The notes beneath the pieces were generated by a model. That model saw only the letters and a program-made list of their open reading frames with translations, was not told the DNA's origin and ran no database searches. From positions 26,183-90,182 of the forward strand of contig CALXWP010000003.1 in the NCBI GenBank assembly GCA_944392455.1: a stretch of DNA of 64,000 nt, written 5' to 3'. Origin of the DNA: an uncultured Clostridia bacterium. GTDB taxonomy: Bacteria; Bacillota; Clostridia; TANB77; CAG-508. Of this stretch, positions 10,623 through 31,900 are shown piece by piece (positions within the stretch are counted from its first letter, which is position 1; every line of letters begins with the position of its first letter). The position numbers were made by a program, and so were the translations under genes.

Positions 10623-11764
10623 TTTATTTTGTCCTCCATTTCTTTTGCTTGTATTTTGTTATTAGAATCAATATTTTTATATTTTCTTTTTTTAATATTG
10701 GCTGCTATTAATATAATAGTAAATACTCCGAAAATGAGAATTAGTGATCCATATTTATAAAATGCATTTGCAACCATTTCTAGATCAAATACATTATCAA
10801 TAACAAGAGCTATTACAAATATAAAGCAGGAAAACATAATAGCTAAAGGTTTTGAGTTTTTTTCTTCTATATTAGTAAGTTTTCTAAATATATTTATACA
10901 GAACATAAGGGCGATACTAATAAATGACATAAGAGCTAAAGCCCATATAAATATAAAGATTAATTCTGGTCTTTCTAAAAAACCATTTAATTTACTATTA
11001 ACAATAATAAAATACAGAGGAGATAGCCTAGAAATATAATATATATCTGAAAAAGCGAATACTAGTGTAGCAATTGCTAAGAGCAATAAAATACCGCATA
11101 TTAGTACAGATATAAATGCTACTTTAGAAGTTTCCTCCTTTTTATTTAATAATGGAGATATAAAAAATAAGAAAAATAGACCATTAAATGCAAAAATATT
11201 ACTAGCTCCATATAAAAATATTTTATCAGTACCATTTGCAAATAAAGGAAGGGAATGTTCGAATCTAAATTGATCTACTACGAAAATAAATGTTATAGCA
11301 ATACTAATAAGTGCTAAAGGAGTAATTATTGTGTTAGATTTAATAATAGATTTTCTTCCAATAAAGTTAGCAAGTATTCCTATAAAAAGAAATATAAATA
11401 GGAAAAATGCAAGTGGATAATTATTAAAATATAATAATAATAAATTCTTAGAAAACATTCTAGTTAAAAATGCTGTTTCTGTTATAAGATATATAATACA
11501 AACAAGTCCAATTAGTACTTTTAAAAATTTTCCTCCTAGATATTCAGAAATATCAATAATATCTAATCCAGTAAATTTTTTTAATAATTTAGTAAATATT
11601 ATTGTAAAGATTAGAATTAAAATAAAGATATATATGCAATTTAAGATAGAAGCGGATCCAGAATTATCTAAAATTATTTGAGGTAAATTTAAAACAATAT
11701 GATTTATGAATAAAATAACTATAAGACAAATTGCTTCAAAATTACCAAGTTTTGTATAATTCAT
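10619..11764 (-). CDS. gerKB: spore germination receptor B subunit (APC-fold membrane protein)
   Basis: About 10 TM helices, FLERPELIFIFIW motif, between the A and C genes. Confidence 0.85.
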   Translation of the reverse strand: MNYTKLGNFEAICLIVILFINHIVLNLPQIILDNSGSASILNCIYIFILILIFTIIFTKLLKKFTGLDIIDISEYLGGKFLKVLIGLVCIIYLITETAFLTRMFSKNLLLLYFNNYPLAFFLFIFLFIGILANFIGRKSIIKSNTIITPLALISIAITFIFVVDQFRFEHSLPLFANGTDKIFLYGASNIFAFNGLFFLFFISPLLNKKEETSKVAFISVLICGILLLLAIATLVFAFSDIYYISRLSPLYFIIVNSKLNGFLERPELIFIFIWALALMSFISIALMFCINIFRKLTNIEEKNSKPLAIMFSCFIFVIALVIDNVFDLEMVANAFYKYGSLILIFGVFTIILIAANIKKRKYKNIDSNNKIQAKEMEDKIK

Positions 11765-11782
11765 ATAAAACTTCCTTTCTTT

Positions 11783-13490
11783 TTATTTATTAGGATATTT
11801 CCATTTCATACTAATGTGATCTTGTTTTTTAGGCTTTTTACTATCTAGGAAATCATTTCTTTTTTCTCTTTGCCAAATAGGTTTCGCTAGAATACCATTA
11901 TCAACTTTACCTTTAGATGGAATATATGGGTCAAGATAAGATACTCCAAAAGATTGAACATTATTTGCTATAAGAAGATGAATAAACACTCCCATTGCTA
12001 TTCCAAGTAATCCTGCAAAATATCCTAGAAGTATATATATAAATCTACTTACTCTACAATGAAATGCTAGATAATAATCCGGTATAGCAAAAGAAGTGAT
12101 ACCAGTTATAGCTACAATAATTATTAAAATAGGACTTACTATTCCTGCATCAACAGCAGCTTGGCCTATAATTAATGCGCCGGATAACACCTATAGTAGG
12201 ACCAATTGGTGTTGGAACTCTTAAACTTGCTTCTCTTATAAGTTCAAAAGAAAGTTCCATAATAATTATTTCAAAAATAATAGAAAAAGGAACTGATGCA
12301 CGTGAGGCAACTATTGCAAATAGGAGTTCTGTAGGAATAAATTCTTGATGAAAACTAGTTATTGCTACATATATGCCAGGTAAAAGTAAAGTTATTAAAA
12401 AAGAAAATACTCTAACTACTTTTAAAAGATTAGCAAATTGAAATTTTATATTTTTATCTTCTGGAGAGTCTAAGAAATCTATAAATGTTGCAGGCAAAAC
12501 TAGAGCATATGGACTACCATTTACAATAATTGCTATTCTTCCTTCAAGTAAATATCTACCTGCTTTGTCAGGTCTTTCTGTTGAAATAATTTGAGGAATA
12601 CTATATTTACTATTATCCTCAATTAATTGTTCTAATTGACCAGAAGATATTAAATAATCTATATCTATATTATTTAATCTATATTTTGCTTCTGCTACTA
12701 AATCATTATTAGTTATATTTTTTATATAGCATATTGCGCAGTTAGTTTGACTAATTCTTCCTATTTTTATATTTTCGATAATTAAGTTTTCATTATTAAT
12801 GATTCTTCTTATTAAAGTGGTATTTGTACGTATGTTTTCTACAAAAGCTTCTTGAGGGCCTCTAATTACTACTTCGTTTTCAGGTTTTGAAATACTTCTT
12901 GTTTGAAATCCTTTTATATCTATGTCAAATGCAATATTTAATGTATCTATAAATAATGCACAAGCTCCAGAATTAATACTAGAAAAAATGTCTTTAAATT
13001 CATGCCTTATTTTTAAATTGTTTTGTGGTACCAAGTTATTATATATATAATCTTTTAGATCGAATTTTTTTACTTTCCTTACAGTTATATTATTAGTAAC
13101 TGCTTCTGAGACAACTTGGTTTTGACTTCCTTCAAAAGAATTTGATTGATTTTTTAGCATTAATGGTTTTAGTATATAGTTATTAACTAAATCAATACTG
13201 ATCATTCCATCTATAAATAGTAAAAAGGCTCTGTATTGCCTATTTCTTGCAGAGAGTGTGAATTCTCTTAGTATAACATCACTATTTATAAGAAGATTAT
13301 ATTTAGTCTTTATATATTCTATATTAACATCAATACTAGGGAATATTTCTTTGACGTTATCTATTTGATCATAATTATTACTTGCATTTTCGTCATTAGT
13401 TATAGAATTATCTTCAGTAGGTAATATGAACTTATGTGGATCGTCTTCTACAGGATAAAAGACATTTTTCAATATGTCCATGAATTTCAT
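11783..13490 (-). CDS. gerKA: spore germination receptor A subunit, 568 aa if a +1 shift occurs at CGG 12182-12180
   Basis: RGPQEAFVE, TERPD and FELIREASLRVP motifs. Skipping one C in ATC CGG C restores PTIGVIGALIIGQAAVDAGIVSP, the conserved GerA motif. Confidence 0.88.
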
Positions 13491-13641
13491 AGTATATAAA
13501 TAGTCTCCTTTTAAGTTTGAAAATTATTTATAATATATTTTCCTAAAAAAAATAATTTATGTATAAAATGTAAAAAATATAGTTTTTTTTATTTTTTTAT
13601 GATATACTGAATTTGTAAATTTTCTAAAACAGGAGGAATAT

Positions 13642-14313
13642 ATGAAAACTAGTAATATTATAATTTTTTTAATTGTGGTTATTGTTATAGCAGGAATATT
13701 TGGATTTGCTATATGGGATATGAGAAATACAACTGAAGGAGTAGATACAAATAATGTATCAAATAATATAAAACAAGAAGAAGTAATTAATACAAATACA
13801 ACAGATGATTTATTAAACGCAACATTAGATGATATTAATACAAATACAATAGATAGTAATAATATAATGCAAAATCTAGGAATGTATGAAGGTGAATGGT
13901 ATATTAGTCAAGATGCATATATCAATGCTGAAAGAATAGATGAGCTAATGGACAGAAAAGATGACCGTTTTATTACAGATGAAGAATTTGAAAATGAATT
14001 ACAAACATTAAATAATGATGAAGTAGCAGAATTAGATGTGGATGAATATTATGGAGATAGAATTAAATTTGATTTTGAATTAACAGGTCCTGCACCAACT
14101 CAAAGAGTTGCTAGATTAGAAGATATAGTAGTAGAACTAGCCAATAGTGTTGGTACATTCACATATACAGATAACTGGGGAACAAGTGGAAATGGAACTA
14201 TCACTTTGAAAGATAATCAAATAGAGTTAAAATTAGAAACAACTAAAGTAAATCAAGGTACTTTATGGGGAGTTGAAGGTGCATACACTTTTTCATATAA
14301 GTTAAGTGATTAA
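13642..14313 (+). CDS. hypothetical membrane-anchored extracellular protein
   Basis: N-terminal hydrophobic helix, Asn/Thr-rich linker, beta-rich C-terminal domain; AGGAGG RBS. Confidence 0.8.
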   Translation: MKTSNIIIFLIVVIVIAGIFGFAIWDMRNTTEGVDTNNVSNNIKQEEVINTNTTDDLLNATLDDINTNTIDSNNIMQNLGMYEGEWYISQDAYINAERIDELMDRKDDRFITDEEFENELQTLNNDEVAELDVDEYYGDRIKFDFELTGPAPTQRVARLEDIVVELANSVGTFTYTDNWGTSGNGTITLKDNQIELKLETTKVNQGTLWGVEGAYTFSYKLSD

Positions 14314-14376
14314 ACCTATTTTATTATGTAATTAAAATAGATAAAAAAAATAATAAAATAATACTAAAAAATTAAA

Positions 14377-14448
14377 AAAAGGTCTTAAAATATGTTACGG
14401 AAATATTACAAATATATTACATTTTTGTAAACATATTTAAGACCTTTT
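14377..14448. terminator. long inverted repeat, probable terminator
   Basis: AAAAGGTCTTAAAATATGTT...AACATATTTAAGACCTTTT. Confidence 0.65.
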
Positions 14449-14518
14449 GCTAAAGTCGTTGCAAATTAAGGAAAAGCCCATTAGCTGTAATATTTGCCAA
14501 AAATTCTCAGGACTTTTT

Positions 14519-14560
14519 TTCGACAAAAGTATTGAAAAAAATATTTTTTATATATATAAT
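14519..14560 (+). promoter_or_regulatory. sigmaA-type promoter of the ATPase/surface-protein operon, with an adjacent Spo0A-box match
   Basis: TTGAAA (14532-37), 17-nt spacer, TATAAT (14555-60). TTCGACA at 14519-25 is the reverse complement of the 0A box TGTCGAA. Confidence 0.65.
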
Positions 14561-14638
14561 ATGTTTACAACAACTATATTGAGATAAAGCGTAAAAATTG
14601 TAAGCTAAAAAAACATCAAGATAAAAGGAGAAAGAAAC

Positions 14639-14740
14639 ATGGAAAGAGATAAAAGCATTACAACTGTAAGAGTACCTAGAGTAGATTTTTATTTAAAATC
14701 AAACATGCCTACTCAAAAAAACAATATAGAAATGTTAATT

Positions 14741-14761
<21 letters not shown>
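14639..14761 (+). CDS. putative 40-aa leader peptide
   Basis: AAGGAG RBS; MERDKSITTVRVPRVDFYLKSNMPTQKNNIEMLIKDRLVI; the stop lies inside hairpin 14741-14794. Confidence 0.6.
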
Positions 14762-21595
<6,834 letters not shown>

Positions 21596-21599
21596 ATAA

Positions 21600-21857
<258 letters not shown>

Positions 21858-21864
21858 AAGGTGA

Positions 21865-22716
<852 letters not shown>

Positions 22717-22736
22717 AGAAAGGAGAAATTTTAGTT

Positions 22737-24095
22737 GTGGGGACACATATAGAAGATTTAGTTAATCAAAAAGTAGAACAGATAAAAAATAATGAAAACA
22801 TTTTTGATTCTGGAACTGTAATTAAAGTAAAAGATTATATAATAGAGGTTTCAGGACTTGAAAATGTAACATATTTTGAAAAAGTAACTATTTGGGAAAA
22901 AGGAATGGGGTATGTAAACCAAATAAATGAAAACTCTGTTACAGTAGCTATTGTAAAAGAGTATGCCCCAATAAAGATAGGAGACATAGTAAAAACTACA
23001 GGAGAACCATTCAAAGCTGTATTTGCAAAACAAGCAATAGGAAGAATAGTAGATATATTTGGAACAGATTTATTATCAGGAAAAGTATTTGAAAATATAG
23101 AATATATAAATATTGAAAATGATACTATTCCAATTATGGATCGTAGAGAAGTAAAAAGACCAATGCTTACAGGTATAGCTGGTATAGATCTTATATACCC
23201 AATAGGAAAAGGACAAAGACAATTAATAATTGGAGATAAGAAAACAGGAAAAACACAAATAGCTTTAGATACTATAGTAAATCAAGGCTCAGAAAGAGCA
23301 AATAGTGAAAATGATGTAATTTGCATATACATAGCAGTTGGAAAAACAAAAAAAGAAATAAAAACAATATATAATGAATTATTAAAAAGAGGAGCACTTT
23401 CATATACAACTATGGTAGTTGCAACAAATGATGATAAACAACCTGTAGTAAGTTTAATTCCTTTTGTTGGACTTTCTATTGCAGAAGAGTATATGAAAAT
23501 GGGAAAAGATGTTATAGTTGTAATAGATGATTTAAAGAAACATGCTGATACTTACAGAGAAATAAGCTTAGTATCAAATAAAACACCTGGTAGAGAAGCT
23601 TATCCTGCAGATATTTTCTATCTTCATGCAAGACTTTTGGAAAAAGGATGCCAATATAAAAATGGTGGTTCAATTACAATACTTCCAATAGTTGAAACAA
23701 AAGGTGGAGATATAACAGACTATATTTCTACAAATATTATATCAATTACAGATGGACAAATCGTTATGTCGGAAAAAGAATTTGCAAAAGGAAATAAGCC
23801 TGCGATAAACTATAGAAACTCTGTTTCTAGACTTGGTGGTGCAGTTCAAAAACCAGAAATTAAAAAATTAGGAGCTGAGGTAAGAAGAACATTCTTAAGC
23901 TATCTAGAGACTAAAGAAGTTTATGAACTTGCAAACATGGATGAAATGACAGAAGAGTTAAGAAACAAAATGAAAATAGGTAAACAAATACAAGAAGCTT
24001 TAAATCAACCTAAATTTATGCCTTTATCTAATGAAGAAATAATAGAAAGATTTGAAGCAATTGTAAATCAGGAAGGAAAAACAGATGAAAATTAA
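22737..24095 (+). CDS. atpA: F1 ATPase alpha subunit, divergent and short (452 aa)
   Basis: PIGKGQRQLIIGDKKTGKT, PGREAYPADIFYLHARLLE, TNIISITDGQI and the arginine-finger region SVSRLGG. Confidence 0.93.
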   Translation: MGTHIEDLVNQKVEQIKNNENIFDSGTVIKVKDYIIEVSGLENVTYFEKVTIWEKGMGYVNQINENSVTVAIVKEYAPIKIGDIVKTTGEPFKAVFAKQAIGRIVDIFGTDLLSGKVFENIEYINIENDTIPIMDRREVKRPMLTGIAGIDLIYPIGKGQRQLIIGDKKTGKTQIALDTIVNQGSERANSENDVICIYIAVGKTKKEIKTIYNELLKRGALSYTTMVVATNDDKQPVVSLIPFVGLSIAEEYMKMGKDVIVVIDDLKKHADTYREISLVSNKTPGREAYPADIFYLHARLLEKGCQYKNGGSITILPIVETKGGDITDYISTNIISITDGQIVMSEKEFAKGNKPAINYRNSVSRLGGAVQKPEIKKLGAEVRRTFLSYLETKEVYELANMDEMTEELRNKMKIGKQIQEALNQPKFMPLSNEEIIERFEAIVNQEGKTDEN

Positions 24096-24858
24096 AAGTG
24101 TAGTAAAAGTAATGAATTTTCACTCATTGTTAAAGGTAGACAAAGCAAGACGTAGAGCTGAAAAATATTTTGCTTATGAAAAAGGTTTAACAGACTTTGT
24201 CGACAATATTTTAAATAATAGAAATTTAATATTAGACAAAAAGATGCTAAAGTTAGACAAAAAGCAGAAACCTTTAAACATATATATTGGAAATGATTTA
24301 GGCTTTTGTGGCAATTTTAATTCAAATGTAAATACAGAAGCACGTAATGATACAGAGAGCGATAAGATCATAATTGGTAAAAAAATACTTAATGGCAAAA
24401 AAAATGTGCTTCTTGCCCTTACAAAAGAAGAATACTTACAAAATACTAAACAAATTGAAGATATAATTTATGATAAAATTATTAACAATAAAATTAGTGA
24501 AATGAACTTAATATATAATCATTACTATAATGTAAGTAAAATAGAACTTGTAAAAAGAAAGATTTTGCCAATAGAAGAGGAAGTATACAAAACTAAATCA
24601 CACAAAGAGGACTTTGCAATAGAGGGCGACATTAATGATATATTAGTAAATATAATTGCTATGTATTTGTCTTATGAAATTAGAGTTGCTACAGAAAATA
24701 GTTATGCATCAGAAAATGTCGCAAGACAAATGCTAACAAAAGAATCTTTAAAGAAAATTGACGAAATAGAAGAGGAAGACTTAAGAGTATACAGAAAAGA
24801 AAGAAACGCAAAGAGTTTTAAGAAAGTTATAGAAAACTTTATAAAATTAAAAGAATAA
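24085..24858 (+). CDS. atpG: F1 ATPase gamma subunit, divergent
   Basis: KIKSVVKVM N-helix, NDLGFCGNFNSN (DRGLCGxFN-like), ASENVARQMLT; lies between alpha and beta. Confidence 0.85.
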   Translation: MKIKSVVKVMNFHSLLKVDKARRRAEKYFAYEKGLTDFVDNILNNRNLILDKKMLKLDKKQKPLNIYIGNDLGFCGNFNSNVNTEARNDTESDKIIIGKKILNGKKNVLLALTKEEYLQNTKQIEDIIYDKIINNKISEMNLIYNHYYNVSKIELVKRKILPIEEEVYKTKSHKEDFAIEGDINDILVNIIAMYLSYEIRVATENSYASENVARQMLTKESLKKIDEIEEEDLRVYRKERNAKSFKKVIENFIKLKE

Positions 24859-24865
24859 AAGATAA

Positions 24866-26537
<1,672 letters not shown>

Positions 26538-26551
26538 TAAGGATAAATTAA

Positions 26552-27190
<639 letters not shown>

Positions 27191-27221
27191 AAATGCTTAG
27201 AAAGGAAGGCTATTTAAAGAT

Positions 27222-28001
27222 ATGAGAGTAGATAACAAAGAAAATAAGAAAAGAGTGAATAAGAAAACTGCAAGAAGAGAAGCTAAGAAAGAAAGCAAAG
27301 CAGGAAAAAAAGAAGTCGTATTTAGACTATTGTTAGTTTTAATATTATTAGTAGCAATAGTTGCTATTGGAATGTATATCTCAAGACTAAATACAGACTA
27401 TATAGAGAACTATAATTTCTATCAATATATTGGTGGTAGAAAGATTTCTTATGAAGGTGCTATGAAAATAACAAATAAAGGAGAAATAACTGAACTTACT
27501 ACAACGGATATGAACATACAATTAGATTCTACCCCTTTATATTATCAGGATGATGAAAATAAAGCTTTATTCCCAGCAAATATGGAATTAGTTGTTCCAA
27601 CAGATAATGGACAAGTATATAAAATTAATAGATTTTCAGATGTTCAATTAGAAAGTGGTATAGCTTATTTAGAATATCGTGATAAGATAAAAGAATTACC
27701 ACAAAGCTTCATATTTGATGGATCAAATTTATATTTCTTTTTGAGTAATGCTACATTAACAATAGATGATGAAGAATATAAGCTAACACCATTATCTTAT
27801 GTTTGTGCATATAATGGTTCAAGTATAGAAATATATAATAAAGAAAAAGATGAATACCAAATTATCGAAACAGATAGTTATGGTATAGTTGAGACAGATG
27901 ATTATTCTATAAATGTTAGTTTAGATACTATTAAGTATGGAGACAAAGAACAACTTTTATTAAAAAAATTCGATGAAATTCAAACTTTTAGTCTAGATTA
28001 A
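27222..28001 (+). CDS. membrane-anchored protein sharing the N-terminal beta domain of the cluster's surface proteins
   Basis: Basic N-tail, single TM, beta-rich extracellular domain; last gene before the terminator. Confidence 0.8.
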   Translation: MRVDNKENKKRVNKKTARREAKKESKAGKKEVVFRLLLVLILLVAIVAIGMYISRLNTDYIENYNFYQYIGGRKISYEGAMKITNKGEITELTTTDMNIQLDSTPLYYQDDENKALFPANMELVVPTDNGQVYKINRFSDVQLESGIAYLEYRDKIKELPQSFIFDGSNLYFFLSNATLTIDDEEYKLTPLSYVCAYNGSSIEIYNKEKDEYQIIETDSYGIVETDDYSINVSLDTIKYGDKEQLLLKKFDEIQTFSLD

Positions 28002-28042
28002 AATTATAAAATCAATAAATAAAAAGTTAAAAAATAGAAAAT

Positions 28043-28090
28043 TAAAACGCATAGAAAAATGAATATAAAAACTATGTGTTTTATTTTTTT
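28043..28090 (+). terminator. intrinsic terminator of the ATPase operon
   Basis: TAAAACGCATAG pairs with CTATGTGTTTTA, followed by a T run. Confidence 0.65.
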
Positions 28091-28333
28091 GTTCATTATC
28101 TATTATTATATATTTATTTTTATCTGATAGAAAATTTCTTTAAGTTCTATTAAGAAAAAAGGTTATAATAGTTATTGATCTTAGAACTTCCACATTATAG
28201 TCAGGAGAACTAATGTTGTTTTTTTCTGTTAGAACAGAAAAAAATAATAATAGATTAAATTAATCCAGGAAAAAATTTCTAATAAAAAACTATATAAAAA
28301 AATAAAAAATAATGGTACAATATAAATAAGTTA

Positions 28334-28342
28334 TGATATAAT
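28334..28342 (+). promoter_or_regulatory. extended -10 promoter of giant-gene unit 1; equivalents at 38827-35, 50018-26 and 61383-91
   Basis: TGATATAAT preceded by conserved TACAATATAAA in all four units. Confidence 0.65.
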
Positions 28343-28620
28343 AAATTTGCAATTATATTAGAAATTAAATAATAGCTAAATAGAAAAATAACTACTAAAA
28401 AAATAACTAGCAATTAAATAATTTGAAATATATATTAAATTTAATTGAGAAATAAAAGATAATAAATCAAAAAATTAAAGGTCTACAAGACCTAAAAAAT
28501 TAAAAAATGTAGAATGTACAAAGTCTAAAAGACACAATGAATAGAATAAGTAAAATACTAGAAAAACCAGTATTTTCTATGAAAAGACCAAATGAAAAAA
28601 GAAAGGAAGATTAAAAGAAA

Positions 28621-28857
<237 letters not shown>

Positions 28858-28953
28858 TCTGTCCTTTTTGTGTGCAAAAAAATAAACAAAGTAAGAAAAA
28901 TTAGAAAATAAAACGATAAAAATATGCAAAAGCAGAAAGGATTGGTTAGGAAT

Positions 28954-31900
28954 ATGCAAAAACAAAAACTAAGAAACAATAAGATAAAAGGAAGAAATAC
29001 AAAAAATATGCCAATGTTTATACTAATAGGATTAATAGCAATGATAATAATTATTGCAGTAATTTACTATGTATTTTTAAGATATTCACCAGAACAGATA
29101 ATAACATATAGTGGATATGCTATAGAAGGAAAAACGATGGCAGAGAATTTAAAGAGTAGTGAAATATCAAATATAGAGCAATATTTAAACTTAATAGAAG
29201 TAAAAGAGAATGACCTGTTATATAAAAGATTAAATTCATATTACATAGGAGAAGATGATAAAAAAGAAGTAGATATAAATTATCCAATGTACATAAATGA
29301 AGGAAATACAATATTTAATATATCAAGGAATACAAAACTAATAACAGTAAATTATGAAGAAGTAGAAGGATATCCAGAGTTTATGCTAACAGGGGGAGTA
29401 ATGTATAATGGAGGAGACTTAACAAGAGCAGATGGAAATCAGTATCTATTTATAAAATCTGAAGATGATATATATACTAATGTACAAAAAATAAATATAC
29501 AAACAGCTAGCAATGAATATGAGATAAAAGAGTATAGTAATATTTACTTTACAGAAGATGCAATTACATATTATGAAATGCAAGACGGATATATGCAATA
29601 TAAAAAAATTACAGATATAGATAATAATTCAGAAATAACAATTAAAGGAGAAACTCTAACATATAAAACATTTTTAGAGAAATTAGGAGTTATTCAATCA
29701 GAAGAACAAAATGTAAATAATAATCAAGATGAAGAAGTAAATGAAATAGAAGAAACAAATATAGTAAATAATGAGACACAAACAGAGGAAGAAAATAATA
29801 ACAATACAACTAATGAAACAACAAACGAATGGCAAGAAGGAATGTGGGCAAAACCAGAAGTAAGCTGCACAGATTTTGAAAGTGATGTATATACAATAAG
29901 GACAAATCTAACAGTAACAGATAGAGCAGGAGTTATAACAAGAGGAGTAATATTTGAGATAAGTCTAGATGGAAGACTAAATAGAAGAGTTCAAGCGACT
30001 AAAACTGGAGAACTTGAAATAACAGGTTTACAACCAGATACAACTTATGAAATAGTAGGAATAGTATATTACAATAATGAATCAGGAGTAGAAGTAGAAG
30101 AAGAATTCTATACAGGAACAGTCACAACAAAATCGATTGATACATTAGGAACAATAGATTTTAGTTTTGAAAATGGAGAAATCTATTCAAATAAGATAGA
30201 ACTAATACATTTAAAGATAAATAATGACACTAATGAAGAAGTAATAAAAGGAATATCAAGATTACAAGTAGAAATAGATGGAATAGAATATAGATTATCA
30301 AATGATGAAGTAAATAGTATAAAAGCAGGAGAAGAGATAACATATCAAACAAGTGAGACAATAGACTCAAATAGTACAATTAAATATGAGATAACAGCAT
30401 TTGATAAGTTTGGAAATGAGCTAAAAGAGATAAATAATACAGGAGAAACAATAACATCAAAGCAAAAGCCAACAGCATCAATAAGAGCAACAAAACAAGA
30501 TGTAACAGAAGTAGAGTTAGAGGTATCATTAACAAATAAAGATAATGTAACATTAGAAAATTATAGATTTGAAGTAATTAATCAAAGTGGAGATAAAGTA
30601 AAAGAAGGAACACTAAATCAAGATGTAACAACAACATTAATATTTAATAATTTAGATCCAAATGGATATTACCAAATAATTATTTATGGTGACTACGATC
30701 TAGAAAACGGTGATGGAAAGCAGATAAATCAAGAATTAGGAAGAGGAAGTTTTGTAACAAGACCACTAGCATCACTAGGATATATGCAAGTAAAAATAGA
30801 TGATAAAGAAGTAACACAAAACGAGATGACACTAAGCATAAGTATAGATGCAAATCAAACGGATGCAAGATTAATAGCAATATTAGATAAAGTAGAAATA
30901 ATTATATATGATGAAGGAAAGAACATAAATCAAGATAATAGTGAAACAGAAGAACAAACAGATAATGAGATAAAAAGAATTACTTTAACAAGCGAAGAGG
31001 TTGAACTTCTAAAAACAGCAGAAGAAGTTGAGATAAACTTAGATCAATTAACATCAAATACAATATATAGAATAGATGTAATAACTACAGTAAAACAGGG
31101 TAGTGTAGAAGAAATAGTAGAAGATAAACAAAACTTAAGTGAAATAATAACACTAAAAATGCCAGCAGAAGTACAAATAAGAAATCAATTTGTAATAGGA
31201 GATATGATTGATTTAGACATAAGAGTAGAAGATCCAGATAATGCAGTTTTAACAAATAGTGTAAGAATAGAAGTAAGAGATGAAGAAAATAAATTAGTTG
31301 ACTTAAGTGAAATGCCAACAAATGGAGATTATCAGAGAAAAACATATGAAAATCTAGAGCCAAATACAACATATAGAATTATAGTTTATGCACCTCAATA
31401 CAATGAAGGTAGTACTGATGAAACATATAATGCAGATTACATATTAAAAGAAATAAAGATTGTTACAGAAGCAGGAATAAGTGGAAAACTAGATTTACTT
31501 TCACTGGAAAAGACACCATCAGGAAAAAACTTAGTAGATGTATCATCAAAGATAAATTGGTATCAAAAATGTTTTAATACATATGTATATTATGGAATAA
31601 ATTATAATGAAGAATCAAAAACATTACTATTGGGAGATTCAAACACACAGTATCCAAGATATTATTATGATTTAACAAGCTATATTGGACAGGAAGTAAC
31701 AATAAGTTTTAAAGCAAAGAGCGATAACTCAATAGCAATGTGGTTATTCCAAAAAAACACATCTGATTTTACTAGTGATTTAGGTACAGGTTTCATGAAT
31801 ATATACGATTTAACAAATGAATGGAAAGAATATAGTAAAACATTTACAGTAAATGAGTCAGGATATGTTGGATTTCAGTTAAATGTACCTACAGAAGGAA

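Noticed and set aside
28145..28190. ~45-bp similarity to 59688-59736 (AAAAAGG.TATAAT...TATTG...TTCC)
   Set aside because: Degenerate and AT-rich; probably a relic of unit duplication, with no function supportable.
28924..28953. First ATG (MQKQKGL...) as the start of the giant genes
   Set aside because: In copy 4 this ATG (61759) is out of frame with the gene. The second ATG has GAAAGGA upstream in all copies.
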